This document shows, piece after piece, positions 50,211 to 61,464 of a DNA stretch of 64,000 bases; the first letter of the stretch is position 1; each line of letters starts with the position of its first letter. The translations under genes and the position numbers were made by a program. Source of the stretch: Takakia lepidozioides (lineage: Eukaryota; Plantae; Bryophyta); the NCBI GenBank assembly GCA_030704615.1, contig CM060732.1, positions 59,644,001-59,708,000 on the forward strand. Direction: 5' to 3'. The notes under the pieces are model-generated. The model was not told the DNA's origin. It ran no database searches and worked only from the letters and a program-made list of their open reading frames with translations.

Positions 50211-51650
50211 TCACTCCTCATCACCTGAGTCATAGGTGTACTTGTCCGAGGAATGCAAGCTACGCTGGGCCTCTAATTTGGAGGATAATGAGGCCGAGTC
50301 CGAGATTACATCATCCTTCGAACCACCCCCTACTACTGGCTCTCCCCCATCCGGCCGAGCCACTGAACTACCCATCCCCACCCCTACAGATGCACTATCC
50401 TCCGTCAATTGTGGCGTCTTGGCCATTAAGGCTACAAGGGCCTTCCACCCCTGAGTCTTGCAAAAGTTGTGCTCGATGGCGGAGGGAGGCCTCTCAAACT
50501 TCTTTTTCTGCACTTGACATACAAATGCAATGACAGGTCAGAATTCATAATGAAGGGAGAAGCTAAAAAAGAAGAATGGGTATGACAAGAGAAAGAACAC
50601 TTACAAATCGGGTGACAAAACTCTTGCTTCCGCCGGGGCCCCACTTGTGTGTTGATTCCGCACACTTCTCGAGGCGGGCTGCAGTTGCCGCACGTCCCCT
50701 TGCGAAGATCTCCGCCTTCAGCTCTTCCCTCTCCCCTGCGATGAGAGCCTCCCAAGATTCATGTCCAGCCCCAACAAAGACACTATAAATGTTAATGAAC
50801 TCCATACCGCAATGAACATGCATTCAAAGACACCAATGACAAGTGAAGTGCGTCTTACCTTGGTTATTCCATGTGGCATGGTCGTTGGTTCCCCCGCCTT
50901 GAGTGCCTTCCGATTGGTTTGTCGCGCACGGTACCTCTTGTCCTTGAGGTTCTTTCCCACCAGCTCCAAGAGCTTCCCCTCATTCCACTCACCCGGAAAT
51001 GTGCCCTCAAGTGCTTGCACGAATGCTCGCCTATGGCGATGTGATTGGTGTGGCCAATCAATATGCCAAGGGAACCACCTCGCCGCCAAGTCGAAGGCTA
51101 TTTTTTTCATGGCCTCCCAATACTCACCAATGGGGTCACCGACCTTATTGGTCTCTAAGGGGGCACCTTCATCTTTGGCAAATCAAGGTTGCGGGGACCC
51201 GAGGTCTTTACCTCGTCCACGCTCTTCTGAACTACCTCTCCCTTGTCTTTTGTTGCCCCGCTAATGCCCTCCACCGGCTGCACGCTCATCTGAACTAGCT
51301 CCCCCTTGTCTTTTGTTCCCCCACTAGTGCCCTCCCCCGGCTGCACCTCTCTCCTTCTTCGCCTCTTCCTCTTACGCTCCCTCTCCTGGGCCTGTCCTTT
51401 ACCCTTCCCCTCCACTACTTCCCTCCCCCCCTCCACTACTTCCCTACCCTCCTTGATGATTAGGGGAACCTCGAGGACACGACGTCTTTTCCTCTTCCTC
51501 TTACCGTCCCCCACGGGTAGGCACCACCACTGTCCCTGCTTTGTCGGTGGCAATCCCACTGTCCCCCCCCCCCCTCAACAGTCCCTTTCTCTCCCTCTCT
51601 CCCTCTGTCTCCCTCCTCGGAACTGGCCGGTTGCATCAGTGTTCTTTTCA
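50211..51650 (-). pseudogene. Probable CACTA second ORF (TnpA/Transposase_24-like), spliced and degenerate
   Basis: FDLAARWFPWHIDW...LKDKRYR...PHGI^..SWEAL...HKWGPGG..F; GT-AG junctions at ~50858 and ~50604; context among CACTA pieces. Confidence 0.55.
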
Positions 51651-51654
51651 TGAT

Positions 51655-52270
51655 TTTCCATTTATACCAGATGGACTCTAAAAGGTGTTTTCACCCGACT
51701 TGTAAAGGTTTTCTATCCGTACCGGAAGAATCACCTGGGTGGACACTAAAGTACCTTTAAAAATGACCTATAATTTTTCCTCTTTTATTGACTTTCATCT
51801 ATATCAGATGAGTCACCAGAGAATGAGGAATTACCTCCATAAGGGTTATGATACTGGCATCCTATCTATAATTTTTTCCATCCATGCCGGATGAAAAATA
51901 TCAGGATTTGAATTCGTTTATTCCCCCTTTATGTTTTTTTTCCGTACTGGATGAGGCTTTTTCTTAAGGGGTGACGAATTACCTGTTAGGATGAAAAACC
52001 GCTGCCCTAGATGATGGATACTACTTTTTCATCCTGCTGATGGACCTCATCCAAACAAATGAACCTATTTATTTTTTCATCTGACAGGATGAAAAAAACA
52101 GCTTATGATGGCCATGGAGATTTTTTTAATTACCCTTAATTATTGCTAATCAAGGAGTGAAACCCTAACTCCTACCCTATAATCTACTGTTTAAACCTAG
52201 CTAACGGATGACATCCGTCGGGTTCTTAAGAGAAAGGGTATTGATTATTCATCCTCCGGATGAAAAATCG
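51655..52270. repeat. Cluster of TTCATCC-n-GGATGAA inverted motifs (probable subterminal region of another DNA transposon)
   Basis: e.g. ~51877-51897, 52076-52095, 52247-52266. Confidence 0.55.
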
Positions 52271-54059
52271 GGCTCTGCCCTAGGGTTTCTCTCCCGCTGT
52301 CAGCTGCATTCCTTGTGCTGCTGAGCTCGGGAGTTATGGCGTCTGAGCTCTGCTGCTACCCTGTCTGCTGCTTCATGCCGGACGAGCTCCTGGGGATGCG
52401 CAATGGCGGCGTCTTGTCTCTTCTCACAGGCGGGAGAACCCGTTGTGATGGCATCGTCCCTTTCCCTCCTCTGGCTTTTATGTTTCGCAGCGGCGCTTTG
52501 GTGGGGAAGTATATCGCTCCCTCTCCCTTCTTAGACCTAGCATTTGTATGCTTCGCTTCTCCTTAGCTGTGCTGGAGGTGGCGTGTTGGTGGCGATGGCG
52601 CAGTGTTACCTTCCCCAATCGCTCAAGGTGCTTTTGGCGATTAGGGCTCATTTTACTTCATATCTTTCTCTCTTGCTTTTTGGGGTTCTTAGTTGACATC
52701 GATAACAAGTGTAGGGGTCTGTGATTCACCTGGGGTTCCACAATCCTCACTAACCCATTGGTTTTTGTGGGGGCTTGTGATGGGACCAGGGGAGGATCCC
52801 TACCTACTTTGAATCTCTTGAGCTTGCAGATAAGGATGTGTGTAAAAGGAACATACTGCTGCTGCCTGCAGCCCCGATTTGGGCCCGCTTGCTCCCGGTT
52901 TGACATGATGATGCTTGCTTTTGACTTATCTTTTGCTGCTGCTGATGGAGCACTTTGGCCTGGCAGCCTTGTCTCATGCAGCACTACATGTGAATCCTAC
53001 CTTGTCTTGAATCTTTGACAGCTTTGCATGTGGATTTTTAGACTAGGTTCCCCTTCTTTTTTTTGGCCTTAAAAGAGGATTGATGGTGTAAGGGACAAGC
53101 CATAAGTGGTTGTTTGGCTCTAAGGATGAGGAGACCTGAGTTTTGTTAAAGAAGACAGCCTGATAAGGCAGTGACAGGCCGTTTTCAGACCTGGTTTTGT
53201 TGTGGAATGGAGCATAGTGAGGTTCTATTTGCAAAACATGGCATTAGCCTCTTGTGAAACAGTGACGGTAAGCTCTAAAGGACTCTGGCCAATGATTATT
53301 TACTCTATTTTTCCATATGAACAGCCACCTACATTGTATGATTTATCTTGGCCAAGTGGGCTTGGTCTTGGGCACTCAAAGTGTATGTTTGTCCAGATCT
53401 GGATGCTGTGACAGGGGGGCCTTTCTTCCATGCAAGAGTCCTATGTGCACACGTCCTGAATATATACAATGACAGACTGTTCTTACATACCCAGAAGGCC
53501 TTGCACGATGCATGCTTTGGGGTGCTTACATTTGGCCAAATGTGAAGTTGTAATATGGCTTACCTTGCCCAAGAACTGTACTTGGTGGTAGGCCTGAAGT
53601 GTAATTAATTGCAGGCTGGTCTTTCCTGCTGCCGGTGTGAACACTCACTGAATGTGTTGCAAGGCAGACTGTTCTTACCTACTTTGCATAATGCTTGTCT
53701 TGGATCACCTCAAGGTACTTGTGTATACATATCTTGGATCTGTAATGTGGCAAGATACTCTTATATGCCCATGATATCTTGCATGGTGCATATCTTATGG
53801 ATAACTATGGATGATGTAATCTGAGGCTGCAATCTGACTTATATTGTGCATAAGGGTCACTTGGGTACATGACAGGAATCTGATTATGAACATACCCCGC
53901 CCTCCCACCCTGTTTTATCATGACTGAATGGGTGGCGTCACTTGGTGTGTTATGACAAGACTGGAAATGTTAGATGGTGCCCTGTCATGGGGCTGTTTAT
54001 GTCTTTAATTGACAATGACCCTAGTTGGTCTTGTCCATGTCTTGACATGACATGAATAT

Positions 54060-55560
54060 CTTCCCTCTCTCGCTCTGTCACCCCCCACCACCATTTTTTT
54101 TTTTTTTTCATTTTTTTTTTTTTTCATCTTCTTCTGTCATTCTATCCCTCTCTGCCTCTCTCCCTCTCTCTCCCTCTTTTCCCTCATCTCTCCCTCTGTC
54201 CCATGAAGATGTGGAGAGAGAGGGACTGTTGAGGGGGAAAAAAAAAAAAAAAAAAATGAAGGGGGGGGGGGGAGAGTGACTGAGCAGCTGCTGCTGCTCA
54301 GTCACTCCCCCACCGCCCCACCTTTTGTTTTTCTTTTTTTCCCCTCGACAGTCCCTCTCTCCTTCTCTCCCTCTCTCCATCTCTCTCCTTTTTTTCCCTC
54401 ATCTCTCCCTCTGTCCCATGAAGATGTGGAGAGAGAGGGAGAGAGGGAGAAAGAGGGAGTGAGGAGGGAAAAAAAAACTAAAAAAGAAGGTGGGGGGGGA
54501 GTGACTGAGCAGCACCAGCATCTGAGCAGCAGCTGCTCAGTCACTCCCCCCCCCACATTTTTTTTTTTTTTTTTCCTCATTTCTCCGTCTCTCTCCTCCA
54601 TCTGTCCATGCCCCTCTGCTGCTCACAAAAGAAAAAAAAACCAGAGAGCTGCTCAGTCACCCCCCCCCTACTTTTTTATTTTATTTTCTTGGCCCCCTCT
54701 ATCCCTCTCCCTCCCTCTCTCCCGTCTGTCCCTGTCCCTCTCTCTCCCTCGTTCTCCCTCTCTCTCCTTCTCCTTTGTGCAGGTCCCAAAAAAAAAAAAA
54801 AAATCTCTCCCACTCTTTCTCTCTCTCCGTCTCTCTCCATGAAATTGAAACTGAAAAACACTTCTTCTATTGTCCTAAATACTATGAGATCCGTGGGGAT
54901 TCCACTGTCTACTCCGTGGAACCCAAACTCTCACTGAAATCTCTCACTATGCAGATAAAAAATGCATGGCTGCTTACCTGCAGTTGGGCGTCTCACGCAG
55001 CAACTCCTTCACGCTGGCGTTCTGCTAGCGCTCCACCACCAGGTCGCGTGGGCACACTCCCTCGCTCAAACAACAAAAAAGGGAGAAGAAGGAGAGAGAG
55101 AGCGAGGGAGAGAATGAGGGAGAGAGATAAGGGCAAGAGGGAGAGTGAGGGCAGCTCCCTCACGCGGCAGCTCCTTCACGCTGGCGGTCCCTCCCGCGGC
55201 GCTGGCATTCGGCTGGCGCTCCACCAGCAGGTCACGGGGGCGCGCTCCCAGCTCGCTCAAACACCAACAAAAAACAAAATGACATAGAAGAGGGAGAGAG
55301 AGAGTGAGGGAGAGGGATTAGGGCGAGAGGGAGAGTGAGAGAGAGGGCGCACACGGGTTTGAACACTGTGGCGCGTTAGTGTTGCGTCACCGCCGTCGGA
55401 AAACGCTCCGCGCGCGGGGGTACTTACGCCCGGGAGAGCTCGAGAGCCAAAAAAAACAAAGTAGGGATGGAGGGAGGGGAGGGAGGAAGAGTGAGAGGAG
55501 GAGGGTGAGGGAGAGAGAGATCAGATTGAGAGATTGAGAGGGGGAGTGAGAGGCGGTCAG
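54060..55560. repeat. Low-complexity CT/GA-rich region with homopolymers and GTGACTGAGCAGC fold-backs
   Basis: e.g. GTGACTGAGCAGC..GCTGCTCAGTCAC at ~54276-54305 and ~54501-54544. Confidence 0.75.
54840..54983 (+). mobile_element. Non-LTR retrotransposon RT C-terminal fragment
   Basis: EIETEKHFFYCPKYYEIRG..HCL, typical CCHC-knuckle end of LINE ORF2. Confidence 0.6.
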
Positions 55561-56072
55561 TGCAGCCGCGGCGTGCCAGTGTGGCGACCCCACCAGAAAA
55601 CCTCGGCGGCGATCAGGGGCTTATGTGATGGTGCCCGGAGGCACTTACACTCCCAATCCTTGGAAAAACTTGAAAAAAAAAACCCTACAAACGTAAAGCC
55701 ATATGTCCCCACCCCACCAAAAAACAAAACCCTAAAAACAAAACTATATTGCAGCTAATCCTAAACTAACTATATTATAACTAACCTAAACTAAACTATG
55801 AAACTAAACCCTAAACTAAACTATGTAACCCTTGAAACCCTAAGGGCCAAAGACCCAAAAACCCAAATGATCCTTGCAAAACCCCATAACCCAAAAAACC
55901 AAAAAAAAAAAAAAAAAAAAAATGAGAGGCCTCTTCAACTCACATGTGCGCCAGATCTGCGACTGCCGTGCGACGTCCCCCTGAGGCAGCGACGCTCGTG
56001 CGATTCCCCAACGTCGCAGCGAATCCTCCTCCTACCAAGGTGGCCGCCCTTCTCTCCCCTTCTCTCTCCCCT

Positions 56073-56788
56073 GGGGATATCATCAAAGCTGGAATTGTAC
56101 CAAATGTTCTGCAAGTTACCTCGTTGGTGGATCTATGGTGGTGTTGGAGTGATTTTGACATGTTACTGCCAATGTGGTCGACAGGAAAGTATCCAAAAAC
56201 AGATAATAGAGATGTGGAGAAGCTTTAGAATGAATACGTTTCCGACCCTCAGTCAATGGTGGAACAATCTAGGCAAAAAGGTGAATGCCTATTGGAAGCA
56301 GACACAAGTAAAAACTAGTGCGATAAGTAGGGTTGGGGTGTTTGCTGGAACAATTCTAGGGTGTTATTGTCAACTGCTAGCATCAAGGCAAGGATGTATG
56401 CATGATTTGTGCAGAGGCATGGATAGCTGAAGGAGCAGGGAGCAATGTGGGTCCAGATTCATCCAAGAGGGCCGGATTTCAAGCTCCATATCGCCTACAA
56501 TTCCCTATGGAAGTAGCACACACCTCGCACACACAAGAGGTCCTCTTGGGTGCATGGTCAGTCAAATCCTCCATGGGTCATGACACAAGGTCGAGGACAA
56601 TGTGGTGAGGGCACCTTCTTCTTTGACCTATTTCAGCCTATTTTGCCCTCTCATCAGACTCAGCCTTGAATTTGCATATTGAATGCTGTAAGTTGGCTCG
56701 TTGGGTGGATATGGGGTGGTTTGGAGTGACTTTGACAAGTTACTGATGATGTGGCAGCAGGAAAGTACCCAAAAATAGATAACAAGAT
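56073..56788 (+). repeat. PPR scrap fused to PDF modules
   Basis: GDIIKAGIVPNV joined at ~56107 to module intron; DVEKL*NEYVSDPSQWWNNLGKK^IHPRGPDFK; foreign ~100 bp at 56511-56608. Confidence 0.82.
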
Positions 56789-57260
56789 CACTAGTACAGA
56801 TTAACGTTTTTATGACTATGGATATCATTTGCATTTGCAGTGATAAATGCTTCTATGACTACCTCACTCTGCAGTGATAAACACGAAGTCAGTTCTACCA
56901 TGACTACGGAGTGATAAGTGCGAAGTCATGGTCGTCACTGAGGACGTGGCGTGGGATAGTGATGCAGGGTTTGGTGATGTAGTCATAACAAATATGACTA
57001 CACGACTGAAAGTTATGACAGAGGTTACAACTACATCACTACAACATTGCGCCTACATGGAGAGGCCTCTGCGTGACATGTGGGATCCTGGGGATTTGAC
57101 ATGTGTAATCATCGTCTGATGGTACAATGGAGTAGTCATATCTTCATGACTACACGACTATGGGTATGACTATATCACTACAACATACAACACTACTGAT
57201 GTCACGTGGTCTTGTTGGAGCAGTTGTGACTGACACGTGTTGATCATGTAGATTTTACAA
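56789..57260. mobile_element. CACTA left terminus (type A)
   Basis: GAT|CACTAGTACAGATTAACGTTTTTATGACTATGG with TGACTAC subterminal repeats. Confidence 0.85.
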
Positions 57261-57761
57261 TTTATTAAATGTTATTTAATTTTAGATGTATTATTTAATT
57301 TTAGATGACTAATTTAGATATTAAACTATATAAAATTTAATAAACCATGCGGTGGAGCTCTCATAAGCACAACAATTGGCAAAGAGGAAAGACCATCTAT
57401 ACCAAGACACAACCCCTCTGCAGAGAAATAGAACATGCATTAATCTTCCAATGACCAAAGAATCGACCCCCAACCCTGCTGGCAATTGCAAAGAGTGGCA
57501 AAGAAAGATTCTACCACCAACCCTATTGCATAGACTGGCAGAAGCAACAATATGATACAATATGAAAGACACAACTACAATCAAACATGCCATCCATAGA
57601 AACACCACAACACAACCTCAGAGGACATTGCACCTTCGAACGATATTGGATGTTAATACATCAGACCCTGACATGGTGTTTGAACCAGTCTACCTATATA
57701 TATTCCCAAAATATACTTCATTCTTCAAGCACGATGTTGCTAAGCACTACCGCAACAAGAA

Positions 57762-57802
57762 ATTGACCATCTATCCATGCAGGTTTCTTGTAGGTATCCT
57801 TC
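57762..57802 (-). repeat. PDF exon scrap (left partner of inversion 2)
   Basis: Reverse complement GAAGGATACCTACAAGAAACCTGCATGGATAGATGGTCAAT. Confidence 0.75.
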
Positions 57803-57868
57803 ATTCATTATGAAGTATAATTAGCATGGTGGAGCATTGAAACAATTAATGGTGTGAATGTCTCATAG

Positions 57869-58866
57869 GGAAAAAAAACAAGTGAAAGACATGGACACGT
57901 ACTTGCGACCTCTAATTGATGAACTGAAGGAGTTATGGAGGGGGGTCCCGGCAATGGATGCTTCACTTGACCCTATGGCCGGACAGTCTTTTCAGATGAG
58001 AGACATCTTGCTTTGGACAATGCATGATTATCCAGGTATATTATGTTCCCCATGAGAAACCCGCGTACATTTACTTGTCAAGGGATATTGATGAGGATTG
58101 GGATTGATTGAAGTAGCGGCGACAGTCTTCTGCACCGTAGTGGGGTAGATGCACATGGGAACTTTTTGTCTTTCCTAATGTGGCGGAATGTCTACAGGAC
58201 TTATTGTTTGCTCGGGGTTGAGCACTAAAGGGTACCACGCATGCCTGCATTGTGGCGATGAACTTGATGCACAAAGCTCCAGCAATCTTCGCAAGATGGT
58301 GTATCCCAACTACCGCAAGTTTCTTCCTATGAGCCATCATTGGAGAAGAAGAGACAAACACTTGTTTGATGGCAAAATGGAGTTATGTCCCCCACTTGTG
58401 ACACCATCCGGGCACTTTTGGGAAGACCGATGGAAGGAGGCCCATCCGGAGGGGTCCGGTGAAGTGGAGGTGCCCGGCATGAAGGGGCTTTAAATCTTCC
58501 ACGAGTTGCCATATTGGGCGGTACATATTCCACAAAAACACCATCAATATTGCTATGCATGCATGTGATATTGCATGTTTTGTATGATTTCCATTGTCAC
58601 TTTCACGACAAAATAGGCGTGTAAGAATTTGTGGGTGGGGATATGTGTAGGACCTGAAGATTCGTCATCTTCTAGATCCCATGCATATTGAGAAGAATGT
58701 TTGCTCGTCCTTTTTTCGTGTTCTTCATGGCACGCCGACAAAGAAGGGAGTGGCTGCGAAAGGATATTCTCTCGGTGTTAGAAAGGAACTTGAGGAGCAG
58801 GGTCGCATGCCCCATCTATGGGTCGAAGAAAATGGTGTGGACCCAAAGGGTGTTGTACGGTGGAAG
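57869..58866 (+). pseudogene. CACTA transposase middle part (Transposase_21 second half), spliced
   Basis: DMDTYLRPLIDELKELW...LLWTMHDYPG^...SGLSTKGYHACLHC...RKFLP..HHWRR...FDGK...FHELPYW^DLKIRHLLDPMHIEKNV. Confidence 0.92.
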
Positions 58867-59092
58867 TATAGAGTAGCGTATGCCATTGAGCATAGGAACT
58901 AGTGTGATAAGTTGAGTTGGGTGTTTCCTAGAAAAAATCTAGGCTATCATTGTCAGCTGCTAGCAGCAAGGCAAAGATGTATGCATGATTTTGTGTAGAA
59001 GCATGGATAGCTGAAGGAGCAGGGATAGAGTGTAGGTCCAAATTCATCCAAGAGGGCCGGATTTCAAGCTCCAGATTACCTATGATTGCCTG
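58867..59092 (+). repeat. PDF module intron + first half of exon (inside inversion 2)
   Basis: ...IHPRGPDFKLQITYD. Confidence 0.85.
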
Positions 59093-60099
59093 CACACGGT
59101 ACAATGGCAGCCAACATGATATGGCATTTTTTTTATTGAAAGATACGGAGGGATGTTGTAATTCACCATGGTCACCGGCCAAGTGGAATGACTACATGAC
59201 TAGACAGAGAATGGGTTGACCCCATCCGAGGAGAAGCCGAGGCGGACATGTCGTGGGTCCTCCAAGAGAAAAAGCCACATCTCTTCAGTATGCCTCCATG
59301 CTTGTGAATCTTGTGGCCCGCACACCTTTCCCGGGGGGCTCTGAGGCGTACCATCTCATCAGTTCTGCCAATGAGGGGCTTCGGTAGTGTGCCTGCAGTC
59401 GCGGGATGATTGGAAAGTAGTGCATTTTCTGGCACCATCCCCATGTTGGCCCCATATCATAATCAGTGTCATTCATATCTCTAAGTAAAACCTTACGTCT
59501 TGTAGCGGTTGCAAAAAGGTAGAATGCAATATACAAGTGTATTTGTGGCGCGGGTATACCTTGCGCGGGGCTTTCTTCCCTTGAACATCATGCCGATATC
59601 GGTCTTTGTTGCATTTTGGACACTTGGTGAGTTTCACATCCTCTCCGTAGTATAGGGTTTTATCACATGGACATGCATGAAAAATCTTATAGCCCATCCC
59701 CACAGCATCCAAGGCTGCTCTTGCCTCTTTTCTTGATCGTGGCATTCTCAGCTTCAAATGTGGGGCAAGGATGTAGTCCGCAATAGTCCGCATTATGGCG
59801 GACATACCCACATTGCTTATGCCAAACCGGATTTGCAAATTCAGTAACAACAAGATGGTTGAAAGTCTACTCACTTTGGCCCCTTTGCATAAGGGATTTT
59901 TGGCTTCTTTTTCCATGTCATTCAAAGAGTCTGTGTCCTCATCTACCATCTGATGCATTAAGAGGTCCTCCATTGCTGCCACATCCTCATGCATAATTCC
60001 ATTGTCATTGTTGTCCTCATCATCGGAGACCGCCATTTCAGACGGGGTTGGGTCCCTTTGATACGCACCCCCCTCCAAAGGAACAAAATCCCGGTTCAT
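59093..60099 (-). pseudogene. CACTA transposase N-terminal part (Transposase_21 first half)
   Basis: EAKNPL...MGYKIFHACPCDKTLY...CPKCNKDRY...YFPIIPRLQ...DPRHVRLGFSSDGVNPF...HSTWPV...YNIPP...IMLAAIVP. Confidence 0.92.
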
Positions 60100-60519
60100 G
60101 ACAAAATCATGAACTTCATGAATTAACGTCGTGGGGTTGTGGCCGACATCCTAAGATGTAAAAAACAACCATGTCATTATCAGTTTCCATACATGACGTT
60201 GTTCATTATCATACAAGATAAAACCCAAAGTACACATTATACACACGAGGGGAATACAAACATTGCTTCACCACATGAAGGAGACACTATATAATTCAAA
60301 ATACCCAAATTCACATATAACGTCCACCCAAACTCCGCGTGTTTATCGACGTGTCACGCTTGAGGATTTGTTGCCGGCTGTGCCATAACCACCCGCTGAG
60401 CAAGAGACAGCACGTTCGCCTCGTCTACGAGTTAGGCGGCATCGCCATGTCCGCACAACTTTGCCCCCATTGGCCACCACCCCAAGGTCGTAGGCCGCCA
60501 AGTCCAGAGGCACGAGCCC

Positions 60520-61464
60520 TGGGGAGACCCCGCCGGGACTGCCTCCCCAAGATTGAGTGTTGGTGCAGTTGGTATTGGGCATGACTACCGGTTGGGAAGA
60601 CCACACCGATGATGCGGCGACCCCATGTTGTGCAAAAACATTACGCCAAGTACGAGATTGCTGATGCAACAAAGGTAAGTCGTCCATATATCTTCTCACA
60701 TACTCCTCAATTAATAGTACTATATCTAATGAAACCTCGTGTTTGTGAATTGAGTATTGATGCATTTCATATCATGCATCTTGCAGCCCCATCTTGATGT
60801 CCAAGCTTGCAATTTTTTTGCTGAAGAGGCATACCGATGCGGGTTTCTTCCTTCTTACGAGCCCCACCCCGTTCCGGATGTGAACATTTTTTTCTCGCAA
60901 CATGACGTAGATGCAGTTTGTGAGGTATCGGGGTACGATGTGTGTTTTTCTACTTTTGGGCACCGGGCTAGGCGCTTGTCACCTACGCACACACATTCGT
61001 CATCCTCGACATCGGCACCCCCATCATCACCATCATCCGCATCGTCCGTTCCTCCTATTGTAGATGATCTTTCCTCATCACCATTGCCATCCGAGGTCCC
61101 TCATACCGACCGGCTACATGTCCCTTCCCCTCCATTGCCGAGATCACAGCCGCCACCGAGTCCGAGTTCGACATCCTTGACATCGGAACCCCCATCATCA
61201 CCATCATCCGCATCGTCCGTTCCTCCTATTGTACATGTTCTTTCCTCATCACCATCGCCATCCCGGTCATCTCGGCCAGTACTACCTCCACGCGAGATCC
61301 CTCATACCAACCTGCGTGTCCCTTCCCCTCCATTGCCGAGATCACAGCCGCCACCGAGTCCATATCCGGGTCCTCCGGCAGAACCCGGATGGATCCCACC
61401 ACCTTTGGGGACTGTTGTATGCTTGGGACCGATGGATCACACTCCGGAGAAGGGCCCCGAGTGA
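60520..61464 (+). pseudogene. Cys-rich (GRF-zinc-finger-like) spliced ORF with Pro/Ser-rich duplicated tail, divergent from the transposase
   Basis: IECWC...CCAK...DC*CNK^PHLDVQACNFF (GTAAG at ~60675, TGCAG at ~60786); ~171-bp duplication (61017 vs 61188). Confidence 0.4.

Noticed and set aside
54052-56430. Long ORFs rich in F/S/L/P or K/E/R/G
   Set aside because: Products of CT/GA low-complexity and homopolymer tracts
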